This document shows positions 31,753 to 41,384 of a DNA stretch of 61,408 bases, piece after piece. The stretch is from an uncultured Clostridium sp. (GTDB lineage Bacteria > Bacillota > Clostridia > TANB77 > CAG-508): positions 1 to 61,408 of the forward strand of contig CANONT010000004.1 of assembly GCA_947567695.1 (NCBI GenBank), written 5' to 3'. Each line of letters begins with the position of its first letter. Within the stretch, counting starts at the first letter, position 1. Made by a program: the position numbers and the translations under genes. The notes beneath the pieces are model-generated. The model was not told the DNA's origin. It made no database searches and saw only the letters and a program-made list of their open reading frames with translations.

Positions 31753-32709
31753 TTATTCAAACAAAGCCTCTAAAGCCTTTCGATACACTTCTTTTATCTT
31801 GTCATAGCCACCTTCCACTGTTTCCGCAAAAATGGTAGCACAAACACCTGAATTAACTTCCATTACATACAATTCATCATCTACTGTTTGGATAACATCA
31901 ATCGTAGCAAAATTCATATTCATAGCTTTTCCTGCTTGGATTACTAGTTGCTCGATTTGTTGATATAACTCACCTTTTTCCAATATCTTTGCTGTTGCTC
32001 CACCACTCAAATTATATTTCCAAGAAATATCAACCTTTTCTCCTTGTTCTGGGATAGCATTTAAATCTAGTTCACTTAAATTGTCACGTACTATTTTTTT
32101 ATCTGGTAACTGTAAATCTTCCACTAATTCTCCCAGTGTTGCTTTGCCATCACCAATCACAAAAGGCTTTGTTTTTCCATAAATTAAAAGCACTTCACCA
32201 TTTAGGTAAAATGTTCTATATTCGGTTTTGCTATCATAAAAAGGGCAAATACTAACAGAACCTTCGTTTTGATTGAATAGTTTTTGAATCGCAATTTCTA
32301 TTTCTCTTAAATTATGGCAAAGTGTTACCCCTTTTCCCATACAACCATCATTGGATTTCACTACTACTTTTTCATTTTTTAAAAATTCTGATACAACCGT
32401 ATTCCAAACTCCCTCTTCTGGAATATATTTAGTTCTTGTAGCTGGATTAAATATCATGGTATGCTCAATAACTGGTACATTTTGAGATTTTAGCACTTCA
32501 TAAGTAGCATATTTGTCATCTGCTATTTCACCTGTGGCCTGTGGATTATTGTCAAAATGATTTCTTGTGATATGCCTTACTTTACCATCTTTGGTAAGTT
32601 GAAGAAGCCATCCATAAGACAGCTTTTCTACTTTAATATTCATTTCATGACATAGTTCTCTTATTATCACATGAAGAAATCGTTCTTCTCCTTCTTGTTT
32701 TTCCTCCAT
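31753..32709 (-). CDS. ATP-grasp domain protein
   Basis: 318-aa ORF that resembles ATP-grasp ligases overall (my impression only, no diagnostic motif checked), 13 nt downstream of the gmk-like gene. Confidence 0.6.
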   Translation of the reverse strand: MEEKQEGEERFLHVIIRELCHEMNIKVEKLSYGWLLQLTKDGKVRHITRNHFDNNPQATGEIADDKYATYEVLKSQNVPVIEHTMIFNPATRTKYIPEEGVWNTVVSEFLKNEKVVVKSNDGCMGKGVTLCHNLREIEIAIQKLFNQNEGSVSICPFYDSKTEYRTFYLNGEVLLIYGKTKPFVIGDGKATLGELVEDLQLPDKKIVRDNLSELDLNAIPEQGEKVDISWKYNLSGGATAKILEKGELYQQIEQLVIQAGKAMNMNFATIDVIQTVDDELYVMEVNSGVCATIFAETVEGGYDKIKEVYRKALEALFE

Positions 32710-32721
32710 ACTGTTCTCCTC

Positions 32722-33279
32722 TTACTTTTGTTCATTTTCTATAATTGTTTTTATGATTTGTACAGTCTTTTCTAAATCATCATTTTTTAATACATAATCA
32801 TATAAATTAATCTTAGATTCCTCATAATCAAAACGATTTAATCTTAACCTAACTTCTTGTGGACTAGGCTTGTCCACTCTAGCTTCTAGTCTTTTCTTTA
32901 ATTCTTCTTTTGGCACCCTTAAAAAAATGGTGATTACTTTCGTGTCTCCTTTTAACAATTCCTTTAAATGTTCTGTACCATTTACATCAATATCTTTTAC
33001 AATGACTTTCCCACTTTTGATCTTATCATTTAATAATCTTCTTGAAGTACCATAATATTGATTATGATGGATATCATATTCATAAAACTCTTGATTTTCT
33101 ATCATCTTTTCAAACTCTTCGCGAGTAACAAAATGATAAGTTTGCCCTTCGATATCTCCTTCACGTATTGGTCGAGAAGTAAAAGATGGAAGTGATTCAA
33201 CCTTTTCCATCCTTGCCATCAGTTCTTTTTTTATCGTATCTTTTCCCGCTCCTGCTACGCCAGATAGTATGACTAACAT
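32722..33279 (-). CDS. gmk: guanylate kinase-like protein
   Basis: P-loop SGVAGAGKDT, TSRPIREGDIEGQTYHF and YYGTS motifs. Diverged from canonical Gmk and placed after rpoZ rather than before it. Confidence 0.7.
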   Translation of the reverse strand: MLVILSGVAGAGKDTIKKELMARMEKVESLPSFTSRPIREGDIEGQTYHFVTREEFEKMIENQEFYEYDIHHNQYYGTSRRLLNDKIKSGKVIVKDIDVNGTEHLKELLKGDTKVITIFLRVPKEELKKRLEARVDKPSPQEVRLRLNRFDYEESKINLYDYVLKNDDLEKTVQIIKTIIENEQK

Positions 33280-33461
33280 ATTGTTACCTTCCCTTCTGCT
33301 ATTTCATTAGCAGCTAGGGTAACTGGTGAATCCTCTTTTGCTTCTGTTTTTGTTTCATCTCCTGCTGCTATTTGTCTTGCTCTCCTTGCTGTTGCGATTA
33401 CTAATTCATATCTATTTTGTGCATGTTCTAATAATTGACCTACTGTTGGTTTAACGATCAT
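33273..33461 (-). CDS. rpoZ: DNA-directed RNA polymerase subunit omega
   Basis: 62 aa; NRYELVIATARRARQI and AANEIAEGKV match RpoZ. Confidence 0.88.
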   Translation of the reverse strand: MIVKPTVGQLLEHAQNRYELVIATARRARQIAAGDETKTEAKEDSPVTLAANEIAEGKVTIC

Positions 33462-33485
33462 TTTTTATTCCTTCCTTTCTTTTTT

Positions 33486-33515
33486 GAGACAAGAGGGACA
33501 GGTCTAAATTGTCTC
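33486..33515. repeat. family C palindromic unit
   Basis: GAGACAAGAGGGACAGGTCTAAATTGTCTC. A reverse-orientation copy lies at 48206-48235. It overlaps the remA stop codon. Confidence 0.75.
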
Positions 33516-33771
33516 ATTTTTCAAATTCTTGCGAAATTGATTTATCAATTCTTCCTCCTACTGTTTCTGGTTGAACAGCTGATAATATAATATGTCCTGA
33601 ATCCATAATTAGCACAGCTCTTGTTCTTCTACCATAAGTCGCATCTACTGCTGTTTTATTATCTTTGGCTTCTTGCACCATTCTTTTAATGGGTGCCGAC
33701 TCTGGGCTGACTATGGCTACAATTCTTTCTGCTGATACGATGTTTCCAAAACCAATATTTACTAATTGCAT
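33514..33771 (-). CDS. remA: DUF370 protein / extracellular matrix regulator RemA
   Basis: 85 aa; INIGFGN.V...[15 protein letters not shown] is the RemA/YlzA signature. Sits in the yicC-remA neighbourhood. Confidence 0.88.
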   Translation of the reverse strand: MQLVNIGFGNIVSAERIVAIVSPESAPIKRMVQEAKDNKTAVDATYGRRTRAVLIMDSGHIILSAVQPETVGGRIDKSISQEFEK

Positions 33772-33823
33772 TATTTTTCCTCCCTTTCTTTTCTAAATCT
33801 ATTAGAAAAAAACATTTTTCCAA

Positions 33824-34699
33824 TTATTCTATGTTTTGAATCTGTTCCCTAATATTTTCTAATTCTGTTTTCACATCAATTACATCATTTGTAATCTCCA
33901 AATTATTTGCCTTTGAACCAATGGTATTGGTCTCACGGTTCATCTCTTGTATGATAAAATCTAATTTCTTTCCAATGGCTTCGTCTGCCTTTAAAAGCTT
34001 TTCAAACTGTGATATATGGCTTTTCAATCTTGTAACTTCTTCTTCCACAGAGCATTTATCAGCATATATTACAACTTCTTGCGCCAATCTTGCTTCCTCT
34101 ACCTCTTGATTTTTTAATATTTCTTTTATTCTTCCCTCTAATTTTACTACATATTCTTCAATAAGTCCAGTAGAAAGTGAAGATATTTCTTTTACTTTTT
34201 CTTGAATTGCTTGAATCCTTACCAATAAATCTTCTGCTATTTTGTTTCCTTCGACTGCTCTCATTTTTACTAATTTTTCGGTTGCTTGACTAACAGTTTG
34301 TAATAATTCATTTTTTATTGTTTCATCTTCTTGCTTATTTTGAATACTCAAAACATCTGGAAATTTAGAGATTTCTGTTACTTCAATGTTGGCTAAAATG
34401 TTTTCTTGTTTGGCTAGTTTTTTTAACTCATCAATATAAATTTTAGCAATTTCTGTATTGATTTTGATTTCTTTTCCTTCTGTTGAGCTATTTTCAAAGT
34501 TGATAAAAACATCAATTTTTCCTCGTTTCACTTTAGAGGCAATTTCTTTTTTTACTTCTTCTTCTAAATAACTTAAAACTCTTGGCATTTTCACAGAAAT
34601 ATCTAAATACCTGTGGTTGACACTCTTTATTTCTACTTCATATTTTCTTTCTTTTTGAGATAAATTAGCTTTTCCATATCCTGTCATACTTTTAATCAT
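33824..34699 (-). CDS. yicC: YicC/YloC family endoribonuclease
   Basis: MTGYG N-terminus, and a C-terminal GKKLDFIIQEMNRETNTIGSKA motif. Confidence 0.9.
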   Translation of the reverse strand: MIKSMTGYGKANLSQKERKYEVEIKSVNHRYLDISVKMPRVLSYLEEEVKKEIASKVKRGKIDVFINFENSSTEGKEIKINTEIAKIYIDELKKLAKQENILANIEVTEISKFPDVLSIQNKQEDETIKNELLQTVSQATEKLVKMRAVEGNKIAEDLLVRIQAIQEKVKEISSLSTGLIEEYVVKLEGRIKEILKNQEVEEARLAQEVVIYADKCSVEEEVTRLKSHISQFEKLLKADEAIGKKLDFIIQEMNRETNTIGSKANNLEITNDVIDVKTELENIREQIQNIE

Positions 34700-34707
34700 T
34701 TTTCATT

Positions 34708-35778
34708 TCATTCCTTTTCTTCTTTTACTTTCTTGGTTTTAGTCGTTCTTGCTTTTCCTGTGTTATTCTCTTTTGTTTCTTCTTTTGGTTTTCTCGCTTT
34801 TGTTGTTTTTGTTGTTTCCGTTTTATTCTCTTTTACTCCTTCTTTTGGCTTTCTTGTCTTTGTTGTTTTTGCTTTTTCTGTTTTATTTTCTTTTACTTCT
34901 TCTTTTGGCTTTCTTGTCTTTGTTGTTTCTGCTTTTTCTTGTTTTTTGGTTGACTTCTTTTTCTCATCTTTATTTTCGTCTGTCTCTTTTTTTACTTTAT
35001 TAACTTTTGCTTTCGTTGTTTTAGTTGTTTTTTCTTTGTCTATGTTACTTTCTTGTTTTTTGCTTTTCTTTACTGGTTGCTTATTTGATTTCTTAGTAGT
35101 TGGTTTTTGTTCCACTTTCAAATTTTCGGTTATTTTGTTTCCTTCTTTCTCTTGCTTTCTTTTCTTAGCTTCTTTTTTAACAGGCTCCTCTTTTTTAACG
35201 ATTTCAGAAATATCACTTAAACTATTTAAAAATTGTCTTCTTCCTTTGGTATATAAAATAATTGCCTTTAATACATAATAAATAGCAAAAATATAAGAAG
35301 AGGTTAATAAATAGGATCTAAAGTCATATTTAAACATAGTAATTATATGCATAATGGATAAACTATGTATGGATAAAAACAAAAATTCTACTCCTGTTAT
35401 AGCAGTTCCCCCTTGATCTTTTTTGTAGGCTTTTTCTAAAAAGAAAATCCCAATAATTAAAAATACACCAGCAAATACTTCAATATCTCCCACTAATCTT
35501 TCTTTTGCCATTTTTGCTTGTGCTAAATTTAGGACAAGAAAATATGTCATAATTCCCACAGCTCTTAACAAATTTTTAAACATTTGCTTTAAAATCTCTT
35601 GTGATATTTCTTTAGGAAGTTTTTGCCTTTTTGCTTTTGATTTGTTGCTTTTTTTATTGCTTTCTTCCCTGTGATTCTTATCTTTTTCACTTCCTTGGCT
35701 AGTTTGTTTTTCGCTTTTTCTTACGTTTTTTTTCTTGTCGATTTTTCTACCTTCTTTTTCTAATTTGTCATCTACCAT
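34708..35778 (-). CDS. Lys-rich membrane protein with C-terminal tandem repeats
   Basis: Central block of about 4 TM segments flanked by highly basic K/E-rich tails. Start set at MVDDKLEK behind a GGAGG. Confidence 0.65.
   Translation of the reverse strand: MVDDKLEKEGRKIDKKKNVRKSEKQTSQGSEKDKNHREESNKKSNKSKAKRQKLPKEISQEILKQMFKNLLRAVGIMTYFLVLNLAQAKMAKERLVGDIEVFAGVFLIIGIFFLEKAYKKDQGGTAITGVEFLFLSIHSLSIMHIITMFKYDFRSYLLTSSYIFAIYYVLKAIILYTKGRRQFLNSLSDISEIVKKEEPVKKEAKKRKQEKEGNKITENLKVEQKPTTKKSNKQPVKKSKKQESNIDKEKTTKTTKAKVNKVKKETDENKDEKKKSTKKQEKAETTKTRKPKEEVKENKTEKAKTTKTRKPKEGVKENKTETTKTTKARKPKEETKENNTGKARTTKTKKVKEEKE
34711..34935 (-). repeat. about 3.5 tandem 60-bp coding repeats
   Basis: 20-aa unit TTKTRKPKEEVKENKTEKAK repeated at the C-terminus of the Lys-rich protein. 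Confidence 0.75.
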
Positions 35779-35800
35779 TTTTTCCTCCATTCTGTTGCTA

Positions 35801-36550
35801 TCAAGCTTCAAACTCATACATCATGATACTTAGCATACTCAATGCTACTGTTTCTGTCCTTAGAATTCGATTTCCTAATGTTACTATTTTAGCTCCATTC
35901 TCTTTTAGTAATTCTATTTCTGAATCGTCTATTCCACCTTCAGGGCCTATTAAGATTGCAATTTTTAGATTTTGTGGTTGCTTTGTTTTTAATTTTTTCA
36001 ATTCCTGTTTAAATTTATTGTCTTTTTCCTTTTCATATGCCACTATTACTATATCATATTCTGGCAATATATTACAAATATTTTGAATCGATTTTATCTC
36101 ATTTATTTTTGGAATTGTATTTCTTCCACTTTGTTTGGCTGCTACTTCTGCTATCTTTTGCCATCTTTGCAATTTTTTGGTTCTACCCTTGTCTGTTAAT
36201 TTCACTACACATCGTTTCATTTCTATTGGCGTAATATCATGAGTGCCTAGCTCCACCGCCTTTTGAATGATCCATTCCATTTTATCTGCTTTGGGTAATC
36301 CTTGTAAAATCGTTACTTTTATGCTTGGTTCTGCATTCGTCTCCAATTCTTCTATTATATTACATCCAATTGTATCTTCTTCAAAATTTATGATTTCACA
36401 CAAATAATCTCTTGAACTATTTGTATTACAAATGGTTATGGGATCTCCTATTTTCTTTCTTAATACGTTTTTTATATGGTTGACATCTTCTCCTCTAATA
36501 TTAATTTCATTGTTATGGATACATTCATCGGTTACAAAAAATTTGGGCAT
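35801..36550 (-). CDS. rsmE: 16S rRNA (uracil1498-N3)-methyltransferase
   Basis: PKFFV N-terminus, LPKADKMEWIIQKAVELG and GPEGG motifs. Start set at MPKFFVTDE. Confidence 0.88.
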   Translation of the reverse strand: MPKFFVTDECIHNNEINIRGEDVNHIKNVLRKKIGDPITICNTNSSRDYLCEIINFEEDTIGCNIIEELETNAEPSIKVTILQGLPKADKMEWIIQKAVELGTHDITPIEMKRCVVKLTDKGRTKKLQRWQKIAEVAAKQSGRNTIPKINEIKSIQNICNILPEYDIVIVAYEKEKDNKFKQELKKLKTKQPQNLKIAILIGPEGGIDDSEIELLKENGAKIVTLGNRILRTETVALSMLSIMMYEFEA

Positions 36551-36629
36551 GTTTCTCTCCTTCTTTTTATTGTTGTTTTCTATTATATGATTTTTCTGCA
36601 TTTTTTTCAAGTGATTTGTTATTTTTAAG

Positions 36630-36895
36630 TTCTAAAATAGTAATTATTCAAAGGTTAAGCAATTCAAACAAAAGGAATAGAGCAATAAAAATTTAAGGAA
36701 TGAGCGAATGTAGGAACTTTGAGCTAGAAATTTTTAAGTGAATTTTATGGAAAGAGTTCACGTGTGTCGTGGAAGGGTGCCATAAAAAGCGCTTTAAAAT
36801 TTCTGCGAAAAGTGAACGACCCGAGCGATTGACGCAAATTTTTTATTGATAGATTCCTTTCTATAATTTAATACCCTGAATAGTTACCTAAAATA
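36630..36895. repeat. imperfect ~260-bp palindromic intergenic element
   Basis: The left arm (CTAAAATAGTAATTATTCAAAGG...) is mirrored by the right arm (...CCCTGAATAGTTACCTAAAATAGTAAC). The GC-richer centre resembles the interior of the MITE at 31459-31712. Confidence 0.55.
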
Positions 36896-37013
36896 GTAAC
36901 TACTACGAAAATAACAAAAGGGCAGAAAACTTTTAAAGCTTTCTACCCTATTTTATTTTTTTATGATATTCCTCCTCAAATGTAACACTCTTATATTACA
37001 TTTGATATCACTA

Positions 37014-37556
37014 TTAATAATTCTTTGCTTTGATTTCAAAATAAGCTTTTGGATGTGCACATACTGGACAAATTTCTGGCGCTTGTTTTCCAATGACAAT
37101 ATGTCCACAATTTCTACATTTCCAGATTTTATCTCCATCACGGCTAAATACTAGTCCATCTTCTACGTTTTCTAATAATTTTTTGTATCTTTCTTCATGC
37201 TCTTTTTCTATTTTCCCAACTTCTTCAAAAAGATAAGCAATTTTATCAAATCCTTCTTCTTTTGCTTCTTTTGCCATTCTGTCATACATGTCTGTCCATT
37301 CGTAGTTTTCTCCTTCTGCTGCTGCTTTTAAATTTTCTGCTGTTGCCTTGATGTCTCCTCCTTGTAATAATTTGAACCAGATTTTTGCATGTGCCATTTC
37401 GTTGTCTGCTGTTTCTTGGAATATTGCAGCAATTTGCTCATATCCTTCTTTTTTTGCTTTGCTCGCAAAGTATGTGTATTTGTTTCTTGCTTGTGATTCT
37501 CCTGCAAATGCTTCCATCAAATTTTGTTCTGTTTTGCTTCCTTTTAATTCCATTTT
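37014..37556 (-). CDS. rbr: rubrerythrin
   Basis: Ferritin-like diiron domain ([26 protein letters not shown]) plus a C-terminal rubredoxin CxxC...CxxC (CRNCG...CPVC). Start set at [10 protein letters not shown]. Confidence 0.92.
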   Translation of the reverse strand, partial: KMELKGSKTEQNLMEAFAGESQARNKYTYFASKAKKEGYEQIAAIFQETADNEMAHAKIWFKLLQGGDIKATAENLKAAAEGENYEWTDMYDRMAKEAKEEGFDKIAYLFEEVGKIEKEHEERYKKLLENVEDGLVFSRDGDKIWKCRNCGHIVIGKQAPEICPVCAHPKAYFEIKAKNY

Positions 37557-38072
37557 TAATTCCTCCTTATTTTTTATTGATAACACAATGTGCCATTTTT
37601 TTCCTTTTCCATTTTATATAATTAATTGATTTGTGTCAAGTGTTATTTTTTTTAGTTTTGACTTTTTGGCAAGTTTACCCGCTAGGTGGCATTTACTATT
37701 AGAAAGCATTACAGATTTTGGATAAGTAAGCTTTCGCACAAAATCTATTTGTATAAAATTAGTCTCTTTGGTACTATAAAAGTGTAATAATTAATTACTT
37801 GATTATTACACTTTCACGTTCAAATACGAATTCCTATATTTAGAATAAATAATGAATGTGACTAAAATAAAATTATTTATTAAAAATATAGAAATCTTCA
37901 TAAAATCATAGAAAATCAATAATTACACGAAAACAAAAAAGTATATTTACATATTTTTCAAATATTTGTTTTGTTCGCTTGTATCTTAAAAATATATGTT
38001 GTAATATAATAGCAACCTTTCTCTGTCAAAAGGTAGTTTTCTTACTTAAGAACGGAAAGGGGGAAGAAACCA

Positions 38073-38189
38073 ATGACAAATTCCGAATTGATTTTGCGAT
38101 TAGTAGAAATGCTTTTGAAAGAAAAAGAAGAAACTATGAAAGCAAAGGAACAACAGGACAAGACCAAAGACAAATGTAGTAATACATAA
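38073..38189 (+). CDS. 38-aa hydrophilic peptide (unknown function)
   Basis: Not in the track in this frame. AAAGGGGGAAG SD, product MTNSELILRLVEMLLKEKEETMKAKEQQDKTKDKCSNT. A TTGTAT-17 nt-TAATAT promoter lies at 37979-38007 and a terminator at 38199-38235. Confidence 0.4.
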   Translation: MTNSELILRLVEMLLKEKEETMKAKEQQDKTKDKCSNT

Positions 38190-38657
38190 TGTCAAAAATA
38201 GGGTAGTTTTTACGGAACTATCCTGTTTATTTTTAGACAAAAAAGTAGTATGTGCATTGTTTACGGTACACATACTCAAAACAAATGACATCTTCCGAAT
38301 TCAAGACACTTTGTTTATTATATTTATATAATAACATCTTTTTTTATTTTTGTCAAATATGATTTAGTGTATACAGATGCAAATCTTAAATGATACTGAT
38401 ATAAAATATTTAAAATAAGAATATGCAAGAAAAAATGTCCTTATAGGATGCGAAATTCTATAAGAACATTCATATTGGTAGCGTTGACGTAGATATCTAC
38501 AACTTTTTCGGCTATCATACAAAAAACTAAAATAATAAAGATTTTATAGCATTTATACAATATAGACAAAAATGCAAAAAAGTGCTATACTTTAATAAGC
38601 AAAAGCTTTTTTGAAATATCCTAGCCATTAAATTAATTAAATTTTGGAGGTATATTA

Positions 38658-39092
38658 ATGAAAAAATCCAATAGTTATCATTGGTTAGCTTTTACCAATC
38701 TTATTATTACAGTTTTTGTGATAGTTTTCAGTTGGTCTACCATTTTTCCAAAATCAACAATTATGGAAAACGGGGACATAGTTATTAATGTACGGGGACT
38801 TATTGTCAATCATATAGAAGTTCAACAATTTGAAACTAATATAGAAACGATTGAAACAAAACTCGTATATCTGTATGAACCTGTTAATTTTAAAGAATCT
38901 GAAATAATAATGAGTGTTGAAGATGTAACATACATAAATAACGTTATGTTTAATGATGGTAATGATGAATATAAAATCACATTTGGAGAAGTAATAGCAT
39001 ACCCAAGACTGGGTGCGATACTCTTGATGTTTATAATGTATATCATCGTCACTATTCTTATAACACCGTATATATTTCGGAGATTTGCCTAA
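38658..39092 (+). CDS. small membrane protein (N- and C-terminal TM segments)
   Basis: GGAGG SD and a terminator at 39122-39158. Contains an in-frame CGG at 38793-38795 that does not need a frame change. Confidence 0.65.
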   Translation: MKKSNSYHWLAFTNLIITVFVIVFSWSTIFPKSTIMENGDIVINVRGLIVNHIEVQQFETNIETIETKLVYLYEPVNFKESEIIMSVEDVTYINNVMFNDGNDEYKITFGEVIAYPRLGAILLMFIMYIIVTILITPYIFRRFA

Positions 39093-39121
39093 ACATATTG
39101 TGGCTAGGAGTATGTTTAAAA

Positions 39122-39158
39122 ATGAGCAACTTTCAATTTGTAAAGTTGCTCATTTTTA
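39122..39158 (+). terminator. rho-independent terminator
   Basis: ATGAGCAACTTT/AAAGTTGCTCAT stem followed by TTTTT. Confidence 0.75.
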
Positions 39159-39635
39159 TATTAAAATTTAGAATCATTTTTTCCATTTAAAAGTTTGCTA
39201 ATTTACTTTTGCTTTTATTACTATCCAAGTGAAAATCCATAAAATCCTTCTTTTGAATTTTCTTCATAACACAGGACTTCGTCTTGACGGAAGTCCTAAC
39301 CCCCTATATGTTATGACATGCTATCATAACATGGGGGCTCTGCGAGGCAAATATATCTTAATACATACTGAAAGGGTATATTTTTCGCAACAAAAAAATA
39401 CCATCCTTTTCAGAATGATATTTGTATCTATCTGTTCTATTAGTTCGAACAGATACGTCGTTGGTCGGAGTGTTCTTACAGGAACTTTTAAGAAATGCTG
39501 ATAAATCAATAATTACACGGCACACCAAAAAGCATATTTACATATTTTTACTAATTCTTTTAATTTCAATAACTATTATATAAAAAACGCAAAAGAGTGC
39601 TTTTATACACTCTTTTACGTTTTGACACCATAGCT

Positions 39636-40034
39636 TTAATTCAAGACTATGGGTGCAGTTTGTTGATTATTAATAATCTCCGTTGCAGTTTCTCTACGAA
39701 TACGGCGAAGGGAAAAAGAGTTTCCTCCCTGTTTGCTTTTTTCAACGACATAGATAAGTCGAGGACGCAATTTAGGTTTGTAAGGATACATTAACCCTCC
39801 TGTGCTTTGCGAATGATAATCCTGACAATAACCAAGATATAAAGTGCCGTTCTCTTCTGATATAATTCTCCACCTTTTAATAATTTGTTCAGCAGGTAAA
39901 AGAATCACATCTCCAACATTCACTTTAAGTACCAGAATTTTTGCTTCAGGATTACCTTTTGCTATCCGGTTGAATAAATGCCTGTCGTCTTCGTGGCAAA
40001 GAATAGCATCTTGCCTGTTGTAATTGCCTTTCAT
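39636..40034 (-). CDS. hypothetical protein (132 aa)
   Basis: Start set at MKGNYNRQ behind TAGGAGG. Terminator-like hairpin at 39582-39620. In-frame CGG at 39966-39968 is read without a frame change. Confidence 0.6.
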   Translation of the reverse strand: MKGNYNRQDAILCHEDDRHLFNRIAKGNPEAKILVLKVNVGDVILLPAEQIIKRWRIISEENGTLYLGYCQDYHSQSTGGLMYPYKPKLRPRLIYVVEKSKQGGNSFSLRRIRRETATEIINNQQTAPIVLN

Positions 40035-40238
40035 ATAAACAAACCTCCTATACTTTTTTAGGTGAAATAAGTATATCACAAATTTATGTTAATATCAATA
40101 GTTTTACATAAATACAGTTACTTTTATCCTTTTAATGGTACAGATGAGGACGTGGCGAAGCGAAGCGACAGCCACGCCACCCCGTAATGTAATACGGGGG
40201 TAACATTTTAAAAATTTATATATAGAAAGGAGCGTAAA

Positions 40239-41140
40239 ATGGCTGAAATAGACTATTTAACTGTGAGTTTATCACAACATAAAAGCAAATATTATTTAAC
40301 TACATACGATGTACTATGCGAATTTGCACAAATTTTGCCTGATTTATACAAGAATACCTGTCAAGAAGCTATATGTAGTAAAGGAACAACGCAAAGAGTT
40401 TCACAATATCGGTATAACAGTTGGCAAACAATATGGCACAGCAAAGTCTATGGGGTGGAGATACACAGTGCAACTGGCAGGAGAATACTGGCACGCTCTC
40501 GACTATAAATTTAATGATGTTGAAAAGATATTAAATAATCATACTGAATACAGAATATCAAGACTAGATTTAAAAAAAGATGTATGTGTACCATTGAAGC
40601 AATGGCGAAGATATTACAGTTTTGCATTTAAAAGAAAAGACTGTACTTTAAATGGCAAAGAGGACGCAAGAACAGTATATTATGGAAGCAGACAAAGTCA
40701 ATTTTATAGTAGAGTATATAATAAGACAGCTGATGACCCTCTTAACTACCCTGCTCCTAAAAATAAAGTGATTATAAGAGCAGAAATAGAGATACACAGA
40801 ATAAAACGGAGATTTAGTTTTAGACCACGCTTTTGATGAAGAATTTACAAATAGAATATTTGAACAAAGAATAAAAGTAATCGCAAATAAAGACCAGTCC
40901 GATTTTATATACAAATATTTTGAAGCAAATACAATAACACCAAAAATAAGAACGTGCAAAAGAAAACTAGGAAACATTGAAAAAAGTGTTGATTACGTAT
41001 TTGAAGCATATAAGCCTTATATTATAGCAGGTCTTAAAAATGAAGCATTAATCAATAAATATAATGAACTGAAAGTCCTACCTAAAAAAGCACAAAAGAT
41101 ACTTACTGTATTAAATGAAAAAGCAAGAAAGGAGCAATAA
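40239..41140 (+). CDS. Rep_trans-type rolling-circle replication initiator, interrupted at two in-frame CGG codons
   Basis: N-terminal IDYLTVSL, ISRLDLKKDV, YYGSRQSQFYSRVYNK and IIRAEIEIHR motifs. The frame changes at 40410-40412 and 40807-40809, and the product ends NEKARKEQ. Confidence 0.75.
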
Positions 41141-41141
41141 A

Positions 41142-41300
41142 ATGCAGGAAAAAAGAGTAATTACATATAGCTTTTATGAAATAGGAAAATTAACAGCTGT
41201 TGTCAATGCAGTCTATAAAAAGGAAAATGCACCTAATATAAACAATGTTTTATTAAGACTTATGCAAGCTGATGTTGAAAATACAGAAAATAAAAAATAA
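41142..41300 (+). CDS. hypothetical small protein (52 aa)
   Basis: AAAGGAG SD 6 nt before the ATG. Lies between rep and the recombinase gene. Confidence 0.5.
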   Translation: MQEKRVITYSFYEIGKLTAVVNAVYKKENAPNINNVLLRLMQADVENTENKK

Positions 41301-41384
41301 CTTTGCAATAGCAGACAAAAAGTAATATAATAGATGTAATGTAAATATTGCTTTTGACTGTGCCGAAAGGAGGAAAAATAAAAA

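Noticed and set aside
34711-34935. 60-bp tandem repeats as a non-coding VNTR or CRISPR-like array
   Set aside because: They lie in frame inside a long ORF and encode a regular 20-aa Lys-rich repeat.
39229-39509. Track ORFs 39229-39501 (+) and 39324-39509 (-) in the integrated element
   Set aside because: They have no SD, they overlap each other on opposite strands, and the region is dominated by strong hairpins. More likely a non-coding origin or structural region.
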